A stretch of DNA of 64,000 nt from Octopus bimaculoides (taxonomy: Eukaryota), in the NCBI RefSeq assembly GCF_001194135.2, contig NC_068986.1:83359117-83423116 (forward strand). Direction: 5' to 3'. Positions 26,916-39,847 of the stretch are shown here, piece after piece. Position numbers and translations under genes: made by a program. The notes beneath the pieces are model-generated. The model ran no database searches, had not been told where the DNA came from, and worked only from the letters and a program-made list of their open reading frames with translations. Every line of letters starts with the position of its first letter. The stretch's first letter is position 1.

Positions 26916-27649
26916 CTATAATAGAAAGAAAGATAAAACTAAGTTTTTGTCAATGTCATGTACCAGTATTCAACCATTTTGTACACCCAGGTCACACAAG
27001 ATACCTTATGCTCATTCTATTCATTGACATAAAATATAATTTGGTGGCTTATACAGTTGACCGGACAAATATGTTTAAATATTCAACTTCAGATGTTAAG
27101 ATGGTATTATTACTTTAAAAATTTAAGTCTTAATAAGATGTTTATCAAAACAGCTACAGGCATACAAAGAAAACTCTAGGATCAAAGACAATTTTGAAAG
27201 GAATAAATTAAGGATCAACGTTTAAAAATTATTACCATCTAATTTCAATTATTTCAATGCAATAAAATTATTTATTAAAGAAATTATTACACCACAATTA
27301 CATCACTTTAAAGTTATGATTGGTTAGGGTTGGGAGCATATAGCTAATATTGATTTTAAGTTTTCATAAGGTGAACAAGACAAAAAGGATTAACATTGGA
27401 AATTTTTACAAGATATGAACTCAAGATCATAGATGTTCTTTCTGCCACAAGTCAGTATTAATTGAGACTTATGATTAAAAGGGGTTCCAGTTATGATCAA
27501 GTTATCTTTTCTGACTACATGATCGAATGTATCTTCTCTTTAAGAGTGATACAAAGGAAATTTGAAATTTCTAGCAAATCAAGCAACCACATAAATGCTG
27601 CCTCGATTCCAGCAAATGGAGCTCAAAATATCTTCCCTTTACCACTATT

Positions 27650-27963
27650 CATCATCATCGTTTAACGTCCGCTTTCCATGCTAGCATGAGTTGGACGATT
27701 TGACTGAGGACCGGTGAACCAGATGGCTACACCAGGCTCCAATCTGATTTGGTAGAGTTTCTACAGCTGGATGCCCTTCCTAACGCCAACCACTCAGAGA
27801 GTGTAGTGGGTGCTTTTATGTGCCACCGGCACTAAGGCCAGTCAGGAGGTAGTGGCAACGGCCACGCTTGAAATGGTGCATTTTACGTGCCACCTGCACA
27901 GGAGCCAGTCCAGTGGCACTGGCAACGAACTCGCTCGAATGTCTTTTCACGTGCCACTGGCAC
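27650..27963 (-). mobile_element. 3' tail of RTE-type LINE
   Basis: Same family as 6334-6544; its 5' part overlaps the 3' UTR sequence of the 15186-16743 LINE. Confidence 0.85.
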
Positions 27964-28100
27964 TATTGTTCATATAAATATACCAATACAAAGTAAGGAA
28001 TTTGTAGAATGTAAAAAATGTCCATAACTAGTCTTATCACTTATCAAACCAACTTACAGAATGAGAATGCAAACTGAGTATTTATAGCTTGACCATTAGG

Positions 28101-28173
28101 CTCAACAAATAACTGGTATTTCTCTTTATCTCAAACAAATAACTGGTATTTTTATCTCAACAAATAACTGGTA
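28101..28173. repeat. Short tandem repeat, about 2.7 units of 26-29 bp
   Basis: ctcaa(a)caaataactggtatt... occurs three times. Confidence 0.85.
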
Positions 28174-28413
28174 ATTTTTCTTTTTGCATATCCAATCAAG
28201 CCCAGATGTAGGAAAAAGATGCCAGAAAACTAAGTAGCTGATCAATTAATATAGCCTGCAGAAAACATCTAGCTATTATTGTCGTGTTTGGGTCTGATTC
28301 AGCCTTAACACTCAACCAGCTTTCTCATCAAATCCTTCTCTTGAAAAATTACAAAGGTAGTTCTGAGGTGGCAAGGATACTAGTAATACACAAACAAAAC
28401 AAACCTTACTGAC

Positions 28414-28782
28414 CTGAGAAGGTTTTCTTTTAACTTTGGAGCCATTTTATCAGTGCATCCCGTGTTCTTGACAGCCAGCTTATCCAAGGAACCTGAACGT
28501 CTGATATGGAGTTTATCTTTAGGCACTACTTTGTTGATACTGCCTGAAGAGATTGAACGTCTCATATTACTTTTGTTTGAAAAGGCAGTGGATTTGTTTA
28601 ATTTCTCTGTAGATCCAGACTTACTATCTCTGGGTTTTGACATACTTTGATTTGTTTTTTTATTTGTAGAACATACTGGATCAGTCTTGGAATTAGCATC
28701 TTTACTAAGACTTCTTTGGTGATTATTTCCTTCTGGTTGGTCAGATCCGTTAGGTTGTGGCTCTGATTCTTGTGATGCTTTT
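28414..28782 (-). CDS. TPX2: TPX2 coding exon 4 (low-complexity Ser/Lys-rich region)
   Basis: tttaaag|...AG|gtcagt; 369 nt open in phase 2 to 2 (KASQESEPQPNGSDQ...KLKENLLR). Confidence 0.9.
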
Positions 28783-29826
28783 CTTTAAAAATGAAAAAAT
28801 AAATAAATAAAACATCTGCCTTGCTACTAACCATCTTATTAGTCTACTGCTATCCCTCTCTATTACTCATCTATCACTCTTTTCTATCGTTCCTTTATCA
28901 TCACAATATCTCTTCTATAATCCCTTTCTCATTTCTTTCATTGCCATTCTTGTTCATTTCACTGACCACTCTCCAAACAGACAATTTAGAGAAGAGGAGA
29001 CCCATCCCAAGTCTTGTTGGAGAAAAATCAACTACTGTGGTGTTGGTCAATAAAAAAGCAACAACATAGAACAAAGTCTCACTAGGAACCAAACAAACCC
29101 TAGTGCTATCACAAAATGTACAAAATATTGTGAAGTGGTTGCTGAAGAAACGAGCATCCTGCCATAGAAACCATACCAAAAATGAAATATGACCCATCTG
29201 AGAAAGAATTAACTCGAAATAAGGGCTTGGGGCTGCAACACTCCAAATAAAACCAGCATATAAAAGGAGGCATAAAAGATAATGATGAATAGCAGCAAAA
29301 TCATATCAGGTATTTAGAAACGCAAATTTATTGAAATCCAATAGAAATAAAATTTTAATATTTGAGCCATTCATTTTCCCATTTCTTTTTAGGCAGTTTC
29401 AGTTCAGTCTGATGCCACTTATAGCATAGACAACCAAGACATTTGGGAATGTAAAGGGTAAAGGCATGCAGTTTCTCTGCATCATCCATTAATATAATTG
29501 CATTTGGTGAATAAGTGTCATTGGCTTGAAGTTTTCAATGGGCCAATCATTGGTTCACTGCATTTCTAATAAGCAAGAATGGTTAGAGATTGTCTAAGTA
29601 ACTCATCAGGGAATAAAGGACACTCAATTATTTTTATTCAGTAGCACCAGGTGTTTTGAGAGGTTTTCTCACCAATACACATCAGCAAAAGACACAAACT
29701 AGGGTTCCTGTTTCTGTCAACCAAATTCTACCCACAAGGTATGTGAACCCAGGAATATAGTAAGATACCCAATATGCTATACAATAGGGTTGAACCCAGA
29801 ACCATATGAAGCAAACTAACAATATA

Positions 29827-30530
29827 GGGCTTTCCTATAAGTAGGTTATCTCCCTTGGCTAGGCGGCGCTCCATGCAGATAATTAAACTTCCGAAGGCTA
29901 CCCATGCCATTGTTATTGTTTTACGTCTTATCATGGATATAAAGCAGCTTGATGATTCAGCTATCAAAGTACTTACTGTGCCTGAGTTAAAGAAATATTT
30001 AAGATTATATGGACAGTATGTTACTGGAAGAAAGGCGGACTTGACTGAAAGGTTGAAAGGAATAAAAATTCTGTCGATGAAGAATGTCAACAAAGTAAAT
30101 TCATCGGACGATACTTCAGACAGGACTAAGCAGAAGCTTATATCTCCTCTCGGTGAAGTATTGCCTGATCTAAAGATCTTTGTAAGTTGCCGAATTTCAT
30201 AGATAATGACATAATTACCTCGTGCTACGGATGAAAGCAAAGCAACAGTTAAGGAGTGGCATATTTTACCATGACAGACACGTACACAGCATCGAATACC
30301 ACGATGTGAGTGAAAGCTGCTCACTGTATTGTCCGGTGTCTGGTAATCCCTTCAATACTGACATCAAACCAAAAAAAGAATCCTGACCGCAGAGTGTGGG
30401 TAATTATGTCAAATGTCACTGGCAATGTGCATTCAGCTGATTGCAACTGTTAAAGCAAGTCACTGAGCATGCGTACATGTCATACGGGAGAGTTCCAATC
30501 AGGGATGGATAACACCTTATAGGAAAGCCC
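29827..30530 (+). mobile_element. TIR DNA-transposon deletion derivative carrying a SAP-domain gene remnant (Kolobok-like termini)
   Basis: Perfect 15-bp TIR gggctttcctataag/cttataggaaagccc, flanked by TATA on both sides. The ORF contains SAP motif LTVPELKKYLRLYGQYVTGRKADLTERL; later frameshifted ...RVWVIMSNVTGNVHSADCNC. Confidence 0.8.
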
Positions 30531-32101
30531 TATAGCCATGTCTGCAGTCCACATGACATGATTATACCATAAAATACTTACTTTGAGGACTTAAAGATTG
30601 CTACAGTAGGTTGCTCTGACTCTGGTTGAGGGTTTCTCAAAACCCTTCGTGGTCCTTTACTACAAACGAAAATAAAATAAATTTAGATAATCAGAAAATT
30701 TTTTTTTATGAAAGCTAAGCTCTAGGTATTTCTGGAGATTTATACATTCCTCCAGGCTGGTAATATAGGTTTACAAATTTAGACAGAAAAGTAGATGACA
30801 GTTATATTGCTTTCCACTAGAACTTTTTTCCAAACTTTGTGCTAATTTTTTTTATTGCTTAGCTAGAGATCAAAAAGCAGTGCCCTTGTTTTCAGACTCT
30901 TCAACACAAGTGGTAGGAATGGAGGAGTTGCAGAGGAAAAGAGCTGAAAGCAGTGCATTAAGATATTGTATCTAAGGATATCCTATTATCCTTAGACACA
31001 AAACCTGGACAGATCACTTGCAATAGAGTGGGCATCACTAAAAGCACCAGAGATTTATGTAGTCAGGGTAATTGCTCCAATGTTTTAACTACACATTCTA
31101 ATTGTCCTCTAAAATGCATTTTCAGTTGCTGTCTTAGTCCCAGGTCCAGGCTGATCAAAGGGTTTTAGGCAACAGCTATCTTTTGAAAGGTATCTCTAGG
31201 ACTATATAACAAGTATCCTTTCTTGGATGTGTAGTTAAAAAGTTTGCTTCATGACCATATTTAGGGCTTGTTCCCACTAAACCATGTAACAGTATGGGCA
31301 AGTATCTTCTACATTGGACTGAAGCTGACCAACGTCTTCTAAGAGGAATTGGTAAATGAAAGCTATAATTATTTTAACATCCACTTTTCCATGCTTGCAT
31401 GGGTCAGATGGAGTTTACTGAGGCAGATTTTTTTTACTGTCAGATGCCATTCCTGTTTCCAAGCAAAGTATTTTCCCATGCCAGACATGTTTATGCAGAT
31501 CATTGGGAATGAATGCTTGTAACAGTGATACTCATTTACAATTATCACATGTATCACATGTGAAGATGTGACAATATCTTTTAATTTCCATCTACCAAAT
31601 CCACTCACAAGGCTTTGGTTCACCCAGAGCTATAGCAGAAGATATTTGCCCAAAGTACCACACTGTGGGACTTAACTCAAAGGTCACTGTTCACACAAAT
31701 GTCATTTGTTTTCAACTTGTTGCAACAGCTTATCAGGCCTTTGAGCTGATCAGTACTGAAAAGACTAAGGGAAATATTACCTTACTTGGAAACAGGTGAT
31801 ACTTGATAAGAACATCTGCCTCAAGTTCTCTAAACCCATGTCAGTATGGAAATATGGACATTAAAATATTCACTTTGAGGGAAACTTGGTTGATATAACT
31901 AGTAATTTGAACAGTTACACAAATACTCTCTAGACAGTATTTTTCCAAAGCTCTATACTATTTCCAATCTATATTTTTCTCTTATAAATAACCATGATGG
32001 GCTCTCCTCAAACATCTGAGTCCTTGGCTTTGCAAAGAAACAGTTAATATCAACAGTAGTTATTAGCAACCCTACCCAACACAGAACAGCTAAACACTTA
32101 C

Positions 32102-32231
32102 TTTGCTTGATTCTCTTTACCAACAACACAGGCAACAGGTTTGTTCTTGAATTTGCGATGAAATTCTTCCACAGAAGCACATATATTTGAGCGGTTCTTC
32201 AAAGGAGACTGCTTGTCTTTATTAGACACAC
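32102..32231 (-). CDS. TPX2: TPX2 coding exon 3
   Basis: ttatag|...|gtaagt; GVSNKDKQSPLKNRSNICASVEEFHRKFKNKPVACVVGKENQAK; 130 nt bridges phase 1 to 2 exactly as the flanking exons require. Confidence 0.9.
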
Positions 32232-32775
32232 CTATAATACAAGGAAATGAAAGATTATAAAAATAATTTGGGTACCTTTCAATATATTCTTAGATATATC
32301 CAGGAGTTGGTTATCAGTTCTAATAGGGGAAAAATATCCAGAGTTTGTCCTGATACTGCTAAAGAACCCCACTCTGTAATTTTCCTATTTTGAGATATAT
32401 CACTTTTGCTCTTTTGAACAGAATTAGTTTTGATTCTTCCACATTATTTGGAGTTGACAGCAGAATAAGAGCTTAATTGTCATTTGCAAATACTAGTTTT
32501 CTAAGTTGATTTACTATTCTGCTAGTTTAATGTTCTTTTTGTTTTAACCTTGCTTACTTTGGACAAATGGTATTATACTGAAGTAATTGATCTTATAGTT
32601 ATATGCCATTTTTTTTTTGTTACTAACCACTCAACCATGACATAGTTGTAGGTGGAACCAGTTTTTGTAAAAAAAAAAGTGGGATGGGGAATGAAGCAAG
32701 TAGTTAATACACCTTGCTAAAGTGTTACAATACAATGCAAGCCATAAGAAAATGTGCAAGTTTTAGGATACTCAC

Positions 32776-32931
32776 CTGTATTTGCTTTACCATCAGCATT
32801 GGTAACATTTTCAGGAGGCTCCTTTTTGGTTGGCTTGGCAACAACAACTGGCATTGCTTGGGCTATGATAGCATTCTGTCCTTCAGGCATGAAAAGTGGG
32901 ATGTCATTTATGTCGGCCTCATGATCAACGT
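32776..32931 (-). CDS. TPX2: TPX2 coding exon 2
   Basis: ttgcag|...G|gtgagt; DVDHEADINDIPLFMPEGQNAIIAQAMPVVVAKPTKKEPPENVTNADGKANT; 156 nt, phase 1 to 1. Confidence 0.9.
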
Positions 32932-35053
32932 CTGCAACATTAAGAGAAACAAATATTAACATTTCACTTTCAACCACTATCAAAACCCAACATAGAATTT
33001 ACAATCTTAAATAAGAAATTCCTCTTCATATATTCCTCTAATAATTTAAGCAATTACCCAGTTGTGTTTCTGAGAGAGGTATTTAGATCTGCCAGCTCAT
33101 AGAACAAGCTCAAATCAATAGTCAGCATTTTTCGTTCAGTTCGAAGTCAGTAGTGATTAAGGAGAGCTGTTAGCAAAGTTGTTCCAGTCAGGAACCTTCC
33201 GTCTTTTAAAAGTTACGGACTACACACATTTTCTATTCAATTTAACTAATTATTCAGGTTAATTACTGAATGAAAGTCAGGAATATGACACTTCAAGAAG
33301 ATAGGCTGTTTCTAACAAATGCATTACCCCACCACACACAAGAATTCATATCTCAACTGATCCATTTTATATATTACACAGACATAACTTAAAACAGCTC
33401 ATAATGTTGAACTCTCCCTCTTCTCCACGAACACCCAATGCAACAAAAATTCAGAACTGTCAAGGGGAACGTATAAAAGTCAATTATTTGCAGATATTGT
33501 ATTAAATAAAGGTTTCGTCGATTTTAGTCAATTTTGTAAGTAGATTAAGCGTTCCGATATGCATCTCTAAAAATACCCATTTCAATAGAATCAGCTAAGT
33601 GTGTGTGTGTGTGGGGGGGGGGGCAAGAAGGGTGCCTATACGTGGTCGCCCGACAGGACTAGAGATAGTATCCAAACTTTCTCAATTCATACCCTTCCGT
33701 CGTTTTAAGATGACGGTACATGACTTTAAAAAGACGAAACGTCCCGACTTTAATATAATTTTCGTAATGTATCGTAATCTAATTTTTAAAATCAAAAAAT
33801 CTCAATAAATTTTCGAAGGAAAAAAAAGATAAAGATCCGGTAAAGTTACAGCCAGATGCATGATCCGACACTAGGTCCAATTAGTAATTACACTACAAAA
33901 AATGTTTACAATCGCAATTAAAAAGTTAAACAGGGGTATATTTATTGCATTCCTTAAGACGATTTTATCTTAGGTACCCATGACGAATACTTTTTATTCT
34001 TTCTCTGTATTTTTCAATACACTAGATAGCGTAGAAAATTTCAAAATACTATTATCAGAACAACTGTAACATGCAACTTTATTTCGTATTCAACAAACAG
34101 AATTAAGTATAAAATGAAGTATAATCATTTAAATAAAAATTCAAATGTTGAAAGAGCGTAACCACATTTTAAAAAAAAAGGATATTAACTTATGTGAATA
34201 CTTTAGAAAAGCATAGCTAAATGGAGATATAAAATTCCAAACATTCCACAAGACGACTACAATAAGTTTTTGTTGAAATATTTCTACTAAATATGAACGG
34301 CGTTGTTTGAAGTGAAATCTCGTTCAGACCCAGTAACCGTCAAACCATCAACTGTAATAATGGTGCAAGGTTCGCGGTAGGCTAACACTAGTCACCGATC
34401 TCATTATTTTCAAGACAAGTTATAATAATATTCGGAGAGAAATTCGAATATTTCCATTTTGTGAATATTTTAAACACAAATTTGTTCTGTAGATGGCGTA
34501 GAGGAGCTTTATTTAGTAGAACAATTTTATATCGGAGTCCCATTATAAGTCTATTCAAATATTTGTGCAGTATAGACACACACAATTATATAAAGTAGCT
34601 ACTTTAAATAATATTTTATGAAAAATACCATTTCATGTGATTAGTCGAGTAGTTATATGATAAACTGGTAATAATAAATTTCTAAAATATATTGATTTTA
34701 TACATACTAACACACGATGTAAAAAAAAAAGATTGTCAGTTTTTTTGAAATTCATCCTTGCAGAGTCTTAGGAGTTTCAAATAAGTAAAAAGAAAAATAA
34801 ATATCAAAGAAACATTTAACGTGACAAAATTATCATTACAAAAATGCGACATTGTTAATGCGTAAATGCGCCGTTAAATATAGTTAGAAGCAATGAAATA
34901 AGGAAAATCTGCATATAACAAATTTGAAATGATGAAAATAACAGGTCAGGCTTATATATTGTTGATAAATGTTATATATACGTATAAGTGTGTGCAAAAT
35001 ACAGTAAGCAGTATACATATTAATCAATGTCGTAAAATAATTGTTTTACTTAC

Positions 35054-35141
35054 CAAACCAAGAATCGCTGTCTTCATCTTCAGATACATTTTGAGTAAAA
35101 TCAACAAACTGGGGACATTCAAATTCCCATTTAGGTTCCAT
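35054..35141 (-). CDS. TPX2: TPX2 coding exon 1 (Aurora-A-binding motif)
   Basis: ATG at 35141; MEPKWEFECPQFVDFTQNVSEDEDSDSWF(D) then G|gtaagt; aligns with human YSYDAPSDFINF...IDSWF. Confidence 0.93.
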
Positions 35142-35271
35142 TTCTAAATACTAAAAAAAAAAATAATTTCTAAATGAAGTAATGTGAAAAGACACTAGAA
35201 TTGAAGATATGGTTCTAATTTTATAGAGTGAGTTTAAAATGATGCAGAGAGGAATAAAAATAGATTTATTC

Positions 35272-35442
35272 TTCAAAATTATCTCCTCTATTCAAGTTTC
35301 CTAATAATCACAAACAAGCATCTGTAACTGAAAATTTTAATTTTCCCTGCAATATCATTGACCAATCAGTGAACAGCTACTCGGCAACAGAGAAATACTC
35401 GATTTTCATTGGCTAAAATTGCCACCGAAATAGCTGTTTGAA
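35272..35442 (-). promoter_or_regulatory. Candidate TPX2 promoter: two CCAAT boxes and two CHR-type TTTGAA motifs
   Basis: CCAAT 35362-35366, ATTGG 35408-35412, TTTGAA 35437-35442 and TTCAAA 35272-35277, all 130-300 bp upstream of the ATG within a CpG-retaining zone. Confidence 0.45.
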
Positions 35443-35589
35443 TTTAATAAAGAGTAGTTGACTGGCAGAAGCGATGAACAAATTAATTTCACCTAGTTTA
35501 CGTTCCGGGTTCAAGTTCTGCCGGGGTAAATAGATCCAGAATATCTACCCGACAAGAAATTAGGTTGATTATTATTATTCATAAATTTT

Positions 35590-35790
35590 GGTTTCAAATT
35601 TTAACACACAAGACCAGCAATTTCGGGGATAGAGTAAGTCAATTGTATCGACCTCAGTGCTCAACTGGTACTTATTTTATCGACCGCGAAGGATGAAAGG
35701 CAAAGTCGACCTCGGCGGAATTTGAACTCAGAACGTAAAGACGAACGAAATGCCAGCGTGCCAACGATTCTGCCAACTCGCCACCTTATT
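35590..35790 (-). mobile_element. SINE family B
   Basis: Reverse complement of the 51121-51340 and 63817-64000 copies (gagttcaaattccgccgaggtcgactttgcctttcatcc...). Confidence 0.8.
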
Positions 35791-38230
35791 TATTATTCAT
35801 AAATATTAAGGACAGTGAATGCCGGACAAACTGCCTTGTCAAATCCTACTCAATCCGACTTGACGTTTTATATTTCCTTTCGAAGTGGATTAAGTAAAGT
35901 ACTTCTGTCGATATAATCCAGAACTGAGGGGATATTAATCCGAGCCAGGGTCTGCTTAATGATTAGGTTTAGCTCGGTGTGACGAGCGAAGCGACTAGCA
36001 TTTAGGGGGGAAGACAGACCGTGAAGACCTGAGGGGCCGAGGGACCTACCACAGTGGCACCTCATCCCCTACAAACGTCAGCTCTCACTCTGAGTGCGAT
36101 GGAGATGCGGAGTTCATCTAGATTGAGTACACCTCCAATGTTGGCCATAGGCAGGGCATCAATCCAATCTCCTGAGAATTTTACACTAGCTGAAAATAGG
36201 CGACACATTGTAAAATTGATTAGATTGATAAAAGAGAGAGTTGAAAGTGGCACCTGAACGCAGATTGTCCCATACTCTCTGTTTCCGTCTATCCCTCACT
36301 GTAACAGGAACTGACAAACCCAGCTCTCTCTACTGTGATAGAGCTTCATCCATCTCCCTGTTGGAATTAGTCCACGTTGGAGAAGAGAGGATGTTGCCTA
36401 CCAAAGGAGAGCAAGCGTGGGTGGAGGAAAAAAACAAAACAAGGAAGAGATAAAAACGACCACTTGCGCAGACCTAGACCCACAAACCGTTTGGGCAAAA
36501 CAGCTTGGTCGCGGGAGTCTGGGAAGAGTTTGACATTGACCAAGCATTCGAGTTTCCTGAAGTATTGGAGGGGTAACAGGAATCTATGAAATGGACTAGC
36601 CCTCAGAAAATCCAGTAGTTTAGGAACTGACAAGTAATTCCTAAGTATAAAAAAAAAACCTTGGTGGAGCTCAATTACTTCAAGGTTTTTAAAAGTTGTT
36701 CGAGGTTAGCCATTTTTTATCCAAAGATGGACTCGAAAGCTAGATCAGTAATTGGGGCTCCAAGGGAGCGCCACACTGATGAAGGAGGAATCGCGTTGGG
36801 GGGGGGGGGAGTCAACAGATAGTTTAGTAGCCTGCTCATGCGAAGCTGGGTGGTTAAAGAGCCAGAGCTCGCATTTGAAGCTGTTAACGCTAAGACCTCT
36901 ACGACAAAGCTCCTCGATCATCGTCCTCACAGTTGCAAGCGCCTTGTCAGGAAGGCTTTTCAAACAAGCATCATCGAGGTACCAGACATTTAGGTCTAGG
37001 TCGGCTCCCATCTTGGTAACATCCTCAATACCCAATGCAAATAGAGTAGGACCAAGTGTATCACTCTGTTAGACTCCAGAGGAAGATGGGATGTGGTGGT
37101 CACCAAACGAGAGGTAGGAGGACTCCCGATAGGCTTGCTAAGCAAAGTGATAAAGTTGTGGCAAAGAATGACGTCTCGACTGATGGGGTTAAAAGCATGG
37201 GGACTCAGAGGGCAAGTTTGTGAAAGCCCTGATGGCATGAGTAGCAGCCTCACAACCTAGCTTAGCACCCACTCCTAGCTGACTAGGGGAAATTCCTCAG
37301 TCATGCTGCTAGAAACTGAGGACAGGCACACTTTTGCTATGAGCTGTCGCAGAGCACAACCAACTGCTATGGGGCGAAGGTCACCGTTGGTGAAACCAAA
37401 TAGTTTGGCCCCAAAGAACAGGGGAGGAATGTAGACAAGGACACTCTCGGACGAGAACAAGTTTATGAACTGTATTAGGTTCTCCAAGATTGGAGCCTAG
37501 CATCACTAGCTGACAGGGAGATACCATTGATCCCAGCGACAGAACCTGCTGGAAAAGAGGCAATTGCTCTCCTGACATTGTTAGGGGTGATGGGTTGTAG
37601 AAAACTTGGTGGATCGGGCCAGTGTAGGTTATCATCTGGAGGGACCGGAGGATGTTTCTCCTTCAGTTGTTTGAGGGAGTCTGCGGTACACGGGACGAAG
37701 GAGGACAGAGAGGAAAGAAGGCAAACAGTCCCTTTAATATCAAATTCACTGAATTTGGCATTAACAGCCTTCATTAAGTTAGGTGGTCGACCATTGTTCG
37801 GGGTTGAGCTGATGACCAACCTGAGATGGACAGTGGTTGGGGTAGATTCGAACTGCCGTTTCAAGGAAGAATTGAGTTTCTGCCAATCCGAGGTTTTGTT
37901 GGATAGGCAGACGTTCTTCAGCAGTTTCGAGAGAATATGGGCGAAAGAGATCCGAGCTCCCTTAGAGATCCGATTGACGAGCTTCAGCTTGGACAAATCC
38001 TGGAGGGCGGCGGCAAAATCTTCAACAGGGATCTGGACTTCAGAGCTAGGTTCTGTCCTACAAAGGATATCAGGGCTGAAGTGACATCGGTTGCATGTCC
38101 AGTCACTAAAACTTTCGGTTTGAACCTTAGTAATGCCGACGCAGCTCCTGTGGTAACTTAAACTACACAAGTGACATTTGATGGTCTTCAAATAGCGACT
38201 TGTACGGATGCAGAAAACACAGCTTGAACT

Positions 38231-39847
38231 TGAAGTAACGCTGTGCGCATGCGTAGTCTCACGCGTGCGTGCAATTCAACAACCAAGCTTTCCCGCTTCA
38301 TTCTGCCTCTTTCTTGCTGGCCAGCGATTGAGCAAGGACGTGTTTAGCTATCTCTCTCCATCTTTCGAACTTACGCTCGACAGCTCGCTTACATCTACAT
38401 ACCAACGTCCCAACAACCATGCTCACACACACAGAAGCTGTAACAACAAACAAGAGCTAAAGATGTATATATATTAACCACCTTAAATAAATAATTGTTA
38501 TGTTGATAGTCTGGAGGTTTTCGCTAATGGACGTATAGAGATNNNNNNNNNNNNNNNNNNNNNNNNNNNNNNNNNNNNNNNNNNNNNNNNNNNNNNNNNN
38601 NNNNNNNNNNNNNNNNNNNNNNNNNNNNNNNNNNNNNNNNNNNNNNNNNNNNNNNNNNNNNNNNNNNNNNNNNNNNNNNNNNNNNNNNNNNNNNNNNNNN
38701 NNNNNNNNNNNNNNNNNNNNNNNNNNNNNNNNNNNNNNNNNNNNNNNNNNNNNNNNNNNNNNNNNNNNNNNNNNNNNNNNNNNNNNNNNNNNNNNNNNNN
38801 NNNNNNNNNNNNNNNNNNNNNNNNNNNNNNNNNNNNNNNNNNNNNNNNNNNNNNNNNNNNNNNNNNNNNNNNNNNNNNNNNNNNNNNNNNNNNNNNNNNN
38901 NNNNNNNNNNNNNNNNNNNNNNNNNNNNNNNNNNNNNNNNNNNNNNNNNNNNNNNNNNNNNNNNNNNNNNNNNNNNNNNNNNNNNNNNNNNNNNNNNNNN
39001 NNNNNNNNNNNNNNNNNNNNNNNNNNNNNNNNNNNNNNNNNNNNNNNNNNNNNNNNNNNNNNNNNNNNNNNNNNNNNNNNNNNNNNNNNNNNNNNNNNNN
39101 NNNNNNNNNNNNNNNNNNNNNNNNNNNNNNNNNNNNNNNNNNNNNNNNNNNNNNNNNNNNNNNNNNNNNNNNNNNNNNNNNNNNNNNNNNNNNNNNNNNN
39201 NNNNNNNNNNNNNNNNNNNNNNNNNNNNNNNNNNNNNNNNNNNNNNNNNNNNNNNNNNNNNNNNNNNNNNNNNNNNNNNNNNNNNNNNNNNTTGCATGTT
39301 TTTCTTTCATTCCTTCAATTTGTACATTGCATGCATGTATCACACGAGTGTACATTTCATTTCTTTCATTATTCTTTGTGTGTGTTTGCGCTACATCTTG
39401 TGGGTGGTTTTCAGTGGCCATCCTGCCTCAGGCGTTCCAACAAAAAAATATTATCGTGCGGTCCACACTGGCAAGGGGAGCCCTGTAGTAATGCTGTGCG
39501 CATGCGTAGTCTCACGCATGCGTGCAATTCAACAACCAAGCTTTCCCGCTTCATTCTGCCTCTTTCTTGCTGGCCAGCGATTGAGCAAGGACGTGTTTAG
39601 CTGTCTCTCTCCATCTTTCGAACTTACGCTCGACAGCTCGCTTACATCTACATACCAACGTCCCAACAACCATGCTCACACACACAGAAGCTGTAACAAC
39701 AAACAAGTGCTAAAGATGTATATATATTAACCACCTTAAATAAATAATTGTTATGTTGATAGTCTGGAGTTCAGCGTTCCGTTAATTCTTAATTTTATAT
39801 AGGAAAGTCAGTTATACATCTAATGATGTATAACCCACTTTCCTATA
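38231..39847 (+). mobile_element. LTR-bounded element inserted into the CRE-like ORF (interior mostly an assembly gap)
   Basis: Direct repeats 38231-38516 and 39484-39769 with about 5 mismatches, both starting TG; purine tract aaggggag just before the 3' copy; AACT duplicated at 38227-38230 and 39848-39851; removing the element restores the CRE frame. Confidence 0.75.
38543..39291. other. Assembly gap (N run)
   Basis: 749 Ns inside the LTR element. Confidence 1.
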
